Source of the DNA: Cenarchaeum sp.
GTDB lineage: Archaea > Thermoproteota > Nitrososphaeria > Nitrososphaerales > Nitrosopumilaceae
Reading direction: 5' to 3'
Length of the DNA: 64,000 bases
Assembly (NCBI GenBank): GCA_965242695.1
Contig: CBDESU010000001.1
Coordinates: 640,001 to 704,000, forward strand
Below the pieces are notes generated by a model. It was not told where the DNA came from. It worked only from the letters and a program-made list of their open reading frames with translations, and searched no databases. Position 1 is the first letter of the stretch. Every line of letters begins with the position of its first letter. Of the stretch, positions 51,300 to 64,000 are shown piece by piece. Both the position numbers and the translations under genes were made by a program.

Positions 51300-51776
51300 G
51301 TGCAGCCGCGGCAGCAGCGCCCGTACTACCTGGTCAACTGGGGCAGGGCCGAGGCCATGGCGGCCGAGCTGTGGGCCAGGGCGGCCGATGCGGCGGGCGG
51401 CGCGGGGCGGCTGGCGTGCATCGCGACCGCGTCGCGCGGCGGCATGGTCCCCGCCCGCCTGCTGGCAGACGCATCCGGGATCGACCGCATCCTGGTCGAT
51501 GTCAAGTCAGTGCCGGCCGGCGCGCTGTTCGTCGACGACATCTACGACACGGGCGGCACGTTCAGGGATATCGCCGGCAGGGCCGAGGACCCGGGGTCGC
51601 TCGTGTACGCGACGCTCTTTGCAAGGCGCGGACGCGCCGAGACGCCGCCGCAGCTAGTGTTCGCCGAGGAGACCGCCGGCGCCGAGCATGTGGTGTTTCC
51701 GTGGGAGATGGGCGAGCACAGGCGGGAGGTCTCGCCGCGGCCGCGGCCGTTGCCGGCTCCAGGCCAGGCCGGCTAG
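51300..51776 (+). CDS. Type I phosphoribosyltransferase
   Basis: SRGGMVPA, LFVDDIYDTGGT and VVFPWE; GTG start with TTTACATA upstream. Confidence 0.85.
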   Translation: MQPRQQRPYYLVNWGRAEAMAAELWARAADAAGGAGRLACIATASRGGMVPARLLADASGIDRILVDVKSVPAGALFVDDIYDTGGTFRDIAGRAEDPGSLVYATLFARRGRAETPPQLVFAEETAGAEHVVFPWEMGEHRREVSPRPRPLPAPGQAG

Positions 51777-51859
51777 CGGCGGGCGGTTGCATGTTGACGA
51801 CTCCCTGCGCGCATGCCTTGGTGAGGGGGCACTGGCCGGCCTAGAAAAATGGTGCACGA

Positions 51860-52252
51860 TCACGATCTAGGCCGTAGCCAATCCCACTCGGGCCCGACTG
51901 TACCTCGCCAGAACTGTGCGCAAAATCCCTCCCAGAACTCGTCAAAGAACCTTGTCGCATACTCCCACATGGCGTAAAGGTCGTTGTCCATCGCATCCAA
52001 CGCGGTGCTGCCGTCGCTGGACCTGTAGGTGTACGGCATCGTCTGGCGCAGGATTGACTCAATGGCGTGTTTTCTGGCACTGGCCGGCATGCCTCCGCAG
52101 TACTGTATATAGTCCAAGGCTAGGTTGTCCTTTGTCCGGCCTACCTCCTTTTTCCACTCCTCAAAATATGCGCTAGGCTTCCATCCGGGAACGGGCGCGA
52201 CGCTGGCGGGGGCCACCCACTGCGCGCCCCGCCCCACTCGCTGTCCGGCCAT
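51860..52252 (-). CDS. Hypothetical aromatic-rich protein (lower GC)
   Basis: Protein-like composition; AT-rich box upstream of ATG 52252; start uncertain. Confidence 0.5.
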   Translation of the reverse strand: MAGQRVGRGAQWVAPASVAPVPGWKPSAYFEEWKKEVGRTKDNLALDYIQYCGGMPASARKHAIESILRQTMPYTYRSSDGSTALDAMDNDLYAMWEYATRFFDEFWEGFCAQFWRGTVGPEWDWLRPRS

Positions 52253-52780
52253 CGGTGCTGGCGGCATCCGCGGGATACTAAAGGCCGGGCTTTGCGGCAA
52301 CAACTCCGCGCGCGCCTGCCCAGGGGGCCAGATATTGCCGCAGGTGTGTGTGGAGGGGGGGGAGAGGGCGCGATGATCGCAGGCGCTTCGGCCGCCGTCC
52401 GGCGACCCCGTGCATGGGCCGCTGCCGCCCTGCCGCCCTGCGAACCGGCCTCGGCCCCGCACAGGCTCGCTCTGCATGGGGTGGGGCCTGCCTGGGCGCA
52501 GATGTGGCGGAATCGATCCCGCCTGCGATCGCCTCCGCACCGCAGTCTCCCTGGGAGGCTTCGCCGCCTCCCCCCCCCTGCCGCATGCCGAAATGCCGCA
52601 TGCGGCCGGCACTGCCTAGGTGCCGCGCAGCACATGTGAGCTCCTTCTGCCCTGCGTTCCTGCCCGCCCGGCCGTCAGATGCCCCGTCGATTCCCTGCGG
52701 CGCCGGACTTTGCGGATCCCGGGCGCCAGCCATCTGCCCCGCCGTAGACTTTTATTCGCTCCGCGGCCCCCCGCGGCCGC

Positions 52781-54463
52781 ATGGGCCACGACTACTGCGG
52801 CATACGGCGCCGCGTGCGCGCGGCCCGCAGGCTCGTAATACGGGGAACGACGGCGGCCGGCTCGGGGCACCCCGGCGGCTCGTTCTCGATGGCCGAGATC
52901 GTCGGCGTGCTGCTGTTCGGCGGGCGCCTCAGGCACGATCCGTCAAACCCCCTGTGGGAGGAGCGCGATCGCCTCGTCCTCTCAAAGGGGCACGCGGCCC
53001 CGGGCCTGTTCGCCAGCCTGGCCGTGGCCGGCTACATCGACGAGTCCGAGATCGACACGCTGCGCAGCCTCGGCAGCCGCCTGCAGGGCCACCCCGACCT
53101 AAAGTGCCCCGGCGTAGAGTTCTGCGGCGGCTCGCTCGGAATAGGCCTGTCGTACTCGATAGGCGCGGCCCTTGCGGCGCGGCTCGACGGCCGCCCGACC
53201 CGCGTGTACGCCATACTCGGCGACGGCGAGACCGACGAGGGGCAGGTGTGGGAGGCCGCCATGGCCGCCTCAAAGTTCGCCGTCGACAACCTCACCGCCA
53301 TCCTCGACCGCAACTTCATCCAGCAGGACTCTTACACCGAGGATGTGATGCCGCTCGACCGGCGCCTTGCGGACGGCGAGGACCTGTCGGCGATGTGGAA
53401 GGATCCCTCGCGGTGGCGCACGGCCGACAAGTGGCGCGCGTTCGGGTGGAACGTCATAGAGGTCGACGGCCACCGCATCGAGCAGCTAGAGTCGGCGCTG
53501 CGCGGCGCCGCGGCCCACCGCGGCTCGCCGACGATGATCATAGCCCGCACGATAAAGGGAAAGGGGGTCGAGCACATGGAGGACAACCCAAAGTGGCACG
53601 GCAAGGCGGCCGACCCCGACGTGGCGCCCGTAATCGACGCCGAGCTCGGCTGCCAGTTCTCGGTATGCCCGTCGATCACGGCAGGCGACATGGGCGACCT
53701 GCCCGGCGAGGTGCGCCGCTGCGAGGACGGCAGGGCCGACATGATACACATCGACGTGATGGACGGCAGGTTCGTACCCGCCACCACGTTCGGGGCCGAA
53801 AAGGTCGCCGAGCTGCGCGCCCTCACCGAGCTGCCGTTCGACACGCATCTGATGGTGGAAGACCCCGTCCGCCAGGCGGCCCTGCATGCGGACGCCGGCA
53901 GCGACATCGTGACCGTCCACGCCGAGGCGTGCGGCGGCGAGGCCGCGTTTGGCGAGGTGCACGACCGGCTCAGGTCGGCGCGCGTCGGCGTCGGGCTTGC
54001 CGTCAACCCGGGGACCGACCTCCCCGAGTGGGCCGCGCGGTTTGCGCCCACTCTAGACCAGGTGATCGTAATGTCCGTCGAGCCGGGCAGGTCGGGGCAG
54101 CGGTACATCGAGGCCATACACGCAAAGACGGCGCGCATATGCGCCGAGCTAGAGCGGGCCGGCTTTGCGGGGACGGTAGAGGCCGACGGCGGCGTGACTG
54201 CCGGGAATGCGGGCGCCTGCCTTGCCGACGGGGCCCGCGCGTTCGTCGGCGGCAGCGCGATCATTGGGCAGGCCGACGTGCGCGCCGCCGTCCGGTCGTT
54301 CCGAAACGCGCTGCTCGACGCCCGGCGCACGCTGCTCTTGCGGCGCGCGCGCGAGCTCGGCGGCGATGCGCTCGTCGAAAAGTGGGTCGGACTGCACGGG
54401 GCCGGCCCGCGCGTCGAGCGCCTGCGGCGGCTGGCCGAAAGCGGGGAGGCGGCCGGCAGGTGA
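52781..54463 (+). CDS. Transketolase N-terminal subunit fused to ribulose-phosphate 3-epimerase
   Basis: SGHPGG, LSKGH and GDGE motifs, followed by HIDVMDGRFVP, DTHLM, MSVEPG and ADGG. Confidence 0.92.
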   Translation: MGHDYCGIRRRVRAARRLVIRGTTAAGSGHPGGSFSMAEIVGVLLFGGRLRHDPSNPLWEERDRLVLSKGHAAPGLFASLAVAGYIDESEIDTLRSLGSRLQGHPDLKCPGVEFCGGSLGIGLSYSIGAALAARLDGRPTRVYAILGDGETDEGQVWEAAMAASKFAVDNLTAILDRNFIQQDSYTEDVMPLDRRLADGEDLSAMWKDPSRWRTADKWRAFGWNVIEVDGHRIEQLESALRGAAAHRGSPTMIIARTIKGKGVEHMEDNPKWHGKAADPDVAPVIDAELGCQFSVCPSITAGDMGDLPGEVRRCEDGRADMIHIDVMDGRFVPATTFGAEKVAELRALTELPFDTHLMVEDPVRQAALHADAGSDIVTVHAEACGGEAAFGEVHDRLRSARVGVGLAVNPGTDLPEWAARFAPTLDQVIVMSVEPGRSGQRYIEAIHAKTARICAELERAGFAGTVEADGGVTAGNAGACLADGARAFVGGSAIIGQADVRAAVRSFRNALLDARRTLLLRRARELGGDALVEKWVGLHGAGPRVERLRRLAESGEAAGR

Positions 54464-55461
54464 GCGGGGGGGATGCCGGCGCCGGCGCCATGGGCGACAT
54501 GCGCGCCGAGTACGGCAGGGCGCTCGTAGAGATCGGCGAGGCGAACCCGAGTATAGTCGTGCTCGGCGCCGACACGACCGACTCGCTAAAGACGTCGGCG
54601 TTCGGAAAGAGGTTTCCCGACCGCTTCTTCAACGTCGGAATAGCCGAGGCCAACATGGTGTCCGTGGCGGCCGGCCTGGCCGCCTCTGGCAAGACCGCCT
54701 TTGCGAGCACGTACGCCATATTCATGCCGGGCAGGGCCGTCGACCAGATACGCAACGCCGTGTGCTACCCGTCGAGGGAGGGGAGGCGCGGCCTGGACGT
54801 AAAGCTCGTCGCCTCTCACGGCGGCCTGTCTGTCGGCGCCGACGGCGGCTCGCACCAGCAGCTAGAGGACGTCGCGACGATGCGGGCGGTCCCGAACATG
54901 CGCGTTGTGGTGCCCGCCGATGCGGCATCGGCAGGCTCGCTCGCCCGCGCGATCGCATCCGAGTACGGCCCGTTCTACATGCGCATGTGCCGCTCAAAGG
55001 TGCCGCGCGTGCACGGGGAAGGCGCTGCGGCCGCGCTGCGGCCGGGCCGCGCCGCCGTCGTCCGCGACGGGTCGGACTGCACGATCGCCGCCTGCGGCAT
55101 CACCGTATCCATGGCCCTCGAGGCGGCCCGCTCCCTGCAGGCCGAGCGGTCGATATCGTGCCGCGTCCTGGACATGTTCAGCGTAAAGCCGCTCGACGCG
55201 GCCGCCGTCGGGCGGGCCGCGGCCGAGACGGCGGGGATCGTCGCGTGCGAGGAGCACAGCGTGATCGGCGGCCTGGGGTCGGCCGTGGCCGAGGCCGCGT
55301 CCGAGTCGCGCCCGACGAGGGTGCTGCGCGTCGGCGTCGCCGACTCGTTCGGCGAGTCGTGCCGCGACCCCGAGGTGCCGCGCCTGCTCGCCAAGCACGG
55401 CATCGATCCCGTTAATATAGCCGCCAGGGCGGCCGAGGTCGTGGAGGCTGCCCGGCGGTGA
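54460..55461 (+). CDS. Transketolase C-terminal subunit
   Basis: FFNVGIAEANM, DGGSHQ and EEHSVIGGLGS; start is GTG 54460 or ATG 54490. Confidence 0.92.
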   Translation: MSGGDAGAGAMGDMRAEYGRALVEIGEANPSIVVLGADTTDSLKTSAFGKRFPDRFFNVGIAEANMVSVAAGLAASGKTAFASTYAIFMPGRAVDQIRNAVCYPSREGRRGLDVKLVASHGGLSVGADGGSHQQLEDVATMRAVPNMRVVVPADAASAGSLARAIASEYGPFYMRMCRSKVPRVHGEGAAAALRPGRAAVVRDGSDCTIAACGITVSMALEAARSLQAERSISCRVLDMFSVKPLDAAAVGRAAAETAGIVACEEHSVIGGLGSAVAEAASESRPTRVLRVGVADSFGESCRDPEVPRLLAKHGIDPVNIAARAAEVVEAARR

Positions 55462-56114
55462 AGATATTCCTGGACACGGCCAACCTGGCCGAGATACGAC
55501 GGTACAACGACATGGGCCTGATCGACGGGATCACGACCAACCCGTCGCTGCTCTCGCGGGAGGGCGGCGATCCGGCCGCCGTCATGAGGGAGATCACGTC
55601 GATAGTCTCGGGCGACATCAGCCTAGAGGTCGTCAGCACGGGCCATGCGGAGATGGTCGAGGAGGGGAGGCGCCTGCGCGGGTACGGGGACAACGTGGTA
55701 GTAAAGTGCCCAATGACGGCCGACGGCCTGCGCGCGTGCAGAACGCTCGTCTCCGAGGGGATACCCGTGAATGTCACGCTCGTATTCTCGGCAAACCAGG
55801 CCCTGCTGGCCGCAAAGGCCGGCGCAAGGTACGTCAGCCCCTTCATCGGCAGGCTCGACGACATCGGCGCCGACGGGCTCGGGCTCGTCGAGCAGATACT
55901 AGAGGTGTTTGCCAACTACGACTTTGGCACGCAGGTGCTGGTCGCAAGCGTCCGGCATCCCGCGCATGTGGTAGGCGCAGCCGAGATGGGAGCCGATGTG
56001 GTGACGCTGCCGCCTGCCGTGCTCGGCAAGATGCTCTCGCACCCGCTCACCGACTCTGGCCTGGCCGCGTTCCTGTCGGACTGGAAAAAGCTGAAGGCCG
56101 GCGCGGCGCGGTAG
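55458..56114 (+). CDS. tal: Transaldolase / fructose-6-phosphate aldolase
   Basis: IFLDTAN, GITTNPS, VVVKCP and YVSPFIGRLDD. Confidence 0.93.
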   Translation: MKIFLDTANLAEIRRYNDMGLIDGITTNPSLLSREGGDPAAVMREITSIVSGDISLEVVSTGHAEMVEEGRRLRGYGDNVVVKCPMTADGLRACRTLVSEGIPVNVTLVFSANQALLAAKAGARYVSPFIGRLDDIGADGLGLVEQILEVFANYDFGTQVLVASVRHPAHVVGAAEMGADVVTLPPAVLGKMLSHPLTDSGLAAFLSDWKKLKAGAAR

Positions 56115-56222
56115 GGCGCCCGGCGCCCGGCCTGGTTCGCATCCCATCTGCCAGAGTCCTGGTGGCAGCGCAGGCGCCGGCATCCGGCGCCCGGCGCCCG
56201 GCCTGGTTCGCATCCCATCTGC
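56115..56222. repeat. 37-bp direct repeat pair (56115-56151, 56186-56222) around a 34-bp unique insert
   Basis: GGCGCCCGGCGCCCGGCCTGGTTCGCATCCCATCTGC exactly twice. Confidence 0.95.
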
Positions 56223-56364
56223 GGCGCAGGCGGCCCAGGCGCATACGGGCCGCCTGCCGCTCCAGTCCGCTCCGGCCGCGGCGGGGCCCCGCACGACTTT
56301 GGGATGCTCGGCCGGCGCGGGCGGCACGCCGGCAGCGGCGCGGTCCCTGGCGCGGGCCTCGGAC

Positions 56365-56685
56365 CTAGACGCCGAGCGACTCGGCCCTGGTCATGTCGAC
56401 GTACACCTTGTCGCCGACGGACAGGCCCATCTGCTTGTACTCGTGCATGTCGAGCTTTATCGATGTGACGGTGCCGAGCGAGTTGCCCCTCATGCCAGAG
56501 AGCATCTTGTTAATGTCCTCCATCATGTCGTTCATGTTGGTAAACCCCATGATCTTCGAGCCGCTCATCTGGGGCGAGGCATGCCCGCCGTCCCTGACCT
56601 CGTCCATCGACGACAGCGAGACGATCACATACGGGGCGCCGTCGGGCGCCGCGTCGATGCTCTTGACGACGAACTCCTTTCTCAA
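56365..56685 (-). CDS. Small hypothetical protein
   Basis: Typical composition; TTTAAAA box upstream. Confidence 0.75.
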   Translation of the reverse strand: MRKEFVVKSIDAAPDGAPYVIVSLSSMDEVRDGGHASPQMSGSKIMGFTNMNDMMEDINKMLSGMRGNSLGTVTSIKLDMHEYKQMGLSVGDKVYVDMTRAESLGV

Positions 56686-57025
56686 CGGCGGCGCGCCGCA
56701 GCGCCGGTATTTTAAACTTCAATGGGGGCATCCGCGGGCGATCGCACGGCGATCGCACGGCGATCGGGCGCATCCGAGGCAGCTGACGGGGCATGCCGGG
56801 CGCGCGCGGGGGGGGGGGGGAGGGCAGGCGCGGATGCGGCTGCGCGGGGTACTGCAGGCCGGCCGCGCGCCGCCGGATGCCGGGGCGCCGCCGGCGGGCT
56901 ACCGTCTGCCCCGGCCGGCCTGACCGTCCGCACCTGCTGGGGGAGGAGGGTGCCGGCCGAACAGGGGCAGCGCGGCGGCGCCGGGGTCAAAATATTAAAC
57001 AACATCCCTCGCGGGCGGCCCGCGG

Positions 57026-57766
57026 GTGGCATTGGACGACATCATACTGGAGGATGTAAAGGCGCTGCTCAGGCTCGGCAAGGGCAGCCCGCTGTTCCTG
57101 GAGCGGATTAGGCGCGCGGCCGAGCAGGGCGAGGTCATATCGCACTACGAGCGATCGTACGTCTCCGAGCTTGCCCGCAAGCACCTCGGGCCTGGGCACG
57201 GCGCATCCCCGCAGCCCGCGCAGGCGCGGGCCTCCTCGTCGGCCGCCGTCCAGGCCACGTCCCTTGTGAGGGCCCCGCCCCCGCCTCCTCCCGCGCGGCG
57301 CCGCGGCGCCGCGGCCACCGGCGTGCCCGCCAGGCTCGTCCGCCCGCTCGTCGCGACGCGCCGCCGGATGATCGTCACGGCCGTTGTGGCGCTGCTCGTC
57401 GCAGCGGGGGCCGCCTCGGCCGTGGTGTACACCTCGGACGACGGCGGCGCGGCCGAGCCCGTTCCAATCCCCGTCGTTCCGGCCGGGCTGACCGTCGAGG
57501 CCGATGCGACGCTGTTCGCATCGGGCGACATTGTATCCGTGTCGGGAACGTCGGCATCGCCGGCCGGCGCCGTGGTCCTGTCTATAACAAACGGGGGAGG
57601 CGAGCTGGTCTGGCAGGAGACGGTCGGGGCGCGCGCGGACCGCACGTACGCGACGCTGACCATAGCGGGGGGGCCCGGCTGGGAGTCTCCGGGCCTGTAC
57701 GTGCTGTCGGCATCGGAGGGATCCGCAAGCCGCACGTTCGCGTTCGACTTTAGGCTGGCAGGCTAG
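57026..57766 (+). CDS. Single-pass membrane hypothetical protein with Ig-like C-terminus
   Basis: Central TM helix; TATTAAA upstream. Confidence 0.7.
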   Translation: MALDDIILEDVKALLRLGKGSPLFLERIRRAAEQGEVISHYERSYVSELARKHLGPGHGASPQPAQARASSSAAVQATSLVRAPPPPPPARRRGAAATGVPARLVRPLVATRRRMIVTAVVALLVAAGAASAVVYTSDDGGAAEPVPIPVVPAGLTVEADATLFASGDIVSVSGTSASPAGAVVLSITNGGGELVWQETVGARADRTYATLTIAGGPGWESPGLYVLSASEGSASRTFAFDFRLAG

Positions 57767-57790
57767 GTTCGGCCGGCGCGGGAATTGCCG

Positions 57791-58207
57791 CTAGGCCCGC
57801 GGGGACGCCGCGTCGGGGGCCGCCGCCCCGGCTTCCGCCGCGCTGGCGGGCCCGTACCTCGAGCGCGACTTGAGGGCGGCGGCAAGCTCGCAGAACGTCT
57901 CGTTGGCGCTCACGTCGATGACGTTGATCGTGGCATGGTCGTGGACGATCTGGTTCCTGTACTCGTCCATGAGGGCGAACGAGACCGACGACCAGTGCAG
58001 GACGCCCCTCACCTGCTCGGCCGTGACCGCGTCAGAGTTGGGGAGCGGCACGGGCGAGAATGCGACTCCGCCCGTCCACTGCATCGTCGGGATGCCGCCG
58101 CCGGACGTCCTGCTGCCGAATGCGATCTGCCTGATCCAGTCGTCTAGCCTGTACTCGACGAGCTCGCGGATGACGAGCCTCTCCCACGGCCGGATCTCGA
58201 TGTCCAC
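57791..58207 (-). CDS. Hypothetical protein
   Basis: Globular composition; TTTATT box upstream. Confidence 0.7.
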   Translation of the reverse strand: MDIEIRPWERLVIRELVEYRLDDWIRQIAFGSRTSGGGIPTMQWTGGVAFSPVPLPNSDAVTAEQVRGVLHWSSVSFALMDEYRNQIVHDHATINVIDVSANETFCELAAALKSRSRYGPASAAEAGAAAPDAASPRA

Positions 58208-58292
58208 GGGGCGCGGGCGCGGCGCGGCCCAAATAAACCGTGTGCGGCGCGAGGGGGCCCTGGGCCGCCGCCGATGCCTCGGCCGCGGCGCC

Positions 58293-58877
58293 CTACTCCT
58301 TGCCGCCTGCGTCGGCCGGCGCGTAGACCATGAGGTTCTTTTCCTCGAGCAGGGCGTGGAGGCCGTGAACGGACCTGTACACGTCCGTCTCCTTCTTGGC
58401 GCCGGTGCAGACGAGCTTGCCGGACGCGAACAGCAGCATGACGGTCTTTGGGTCGACCATGCGGTGTATGAGGCCGGGGAACTGCTCTGGCTCGTACATG
58501 CTCCGCGGCAGCACCCTGGCGGCGCGCTCGATCTGGATCTTGCCGTGCAGGTTGATCGCCGCGACGATGTTCTGGACCGCCACGACGGCGTCCTTCTTGA
58601 TCCTCACGCCGCGCTTGCGCAGCGTCCTTACGACTATGCGGACGGCCTCGACGGCGAGCTCCTCGGACTTTGCGCCGGTGCAGACCATGTTGCCGGTGCG
58701 GAATATGAGCGTGGCCGTCCTCGGCTCGGCTATCCTGAAGACGAGGCCTGGGAACTGCTCGGGGTTGTACTCGGCGGCGGGGAACTTTTTCTGGACGGCC
58801 TTGAGGTCGATCGCCTGGTCCACCGACGCCGAGGCGACGACGTTCTCGATGTTCACCTGGGGCTTTGTCTGGGCCAC
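58293..58877 (-). CDS. tbp: TATA-box-binding protein
   Basis: IENVVASA..YNPEQFPGL..LIFRTG and the second repeat QNIVAA..YEPEQFPGL..LLFASGKLVCTGAK. Confidence 0.97.
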   Translation of the reverse strand: MAQTKPQVNIENVVASASVDQAIDLKAVQKKFPAAEYNPEQFPGLVFRIAEPRTATLIFRTGNMVCTGAKSEELAVEAVRIVVRTLRKRGVRIKKDAVVAVQNIVAAINLHGKIQIERAARVLPRSMYEPEQFPGLIHRMVDPKTVMLLFASGKLVCTGAKKETDVYRSVHGLHALLEEKNLMVYAPADAGGKE

Positions 58878-58963
58878 GGCGCCCCCTAGCACCCTCTTTA
58901 TATATAGGGAAGCGGCGCCTAGCGCGCCCTGGGCTTGAGGGCGGCAGGCGTCATCTTATTATC

Positions 58964-63877
<4,914 letters not shown>

Positions 63878-64000
63878 CCGGCCGCGGCGGCGGGGCGCGC
63901 CGCGGCATGCGGCCCATGCCCGATGTGCAGGCGGGCCGCCGCCCTTGATGCGGGCCGCATCCGCGCATGGCATGCGCTGCCCGCTCCTGCGCGGGCGCGT

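Noticed and set aside
52781-54463. Transketolase-N/Rpe fusion as a novelty
   Set aside because: To my knowledge this fusion is already known in Thaumarchaeota.
56737-56768. 11-bp tandem (GCGATCGCACG), about 2.6 copies
   Set aside because: Short slippage repeat with no further supporting context.

Overview
High-GC archaeal DNA, most consistent with a Nitrosopumilaceae / Cenarchaeum-like thaumarchaeote. Evidence: TBP, a transketolase-N/Rpe fusion, a thaumarchaeal PstS tail, giant repeat-rich surface proteins, and TATA boxes about 21-24 nt before many start codons. Housekeeping genes (SNF2 helicase, Dpp permeases, PstS, pentose-phosphate operon, TBP) are interleaved with accessory loci: two tandem PIN-toxin arrays (3 convergent PIN/Panacea-like pairs; 4 partner-PIN operons), a frameshifted HEPN-TPR gene, an XRE-IrrE pseudogene, an 18x8-bp GANTC-containing microsatellite ahead of a Type IIG-like R-M gene, and three giant secreted proteins sharing a C-terminal module. 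Two observations stand out. (1) Three unrelated loci each carry an exact 37-bp direct duplication around a unique 34-bp insert, the geometry expected from CRISPR-type spacer integration outside an array. (2) An IS110-family element has a two-loop bridge-RNA-like 3' end whose putative guides match its own predicted circle junction and the PIN gene family it interrupts, plus a TATA box that would be positioned for the transposase only after circularisation. All family calls are from motif recognition by eye; no database searches were run.
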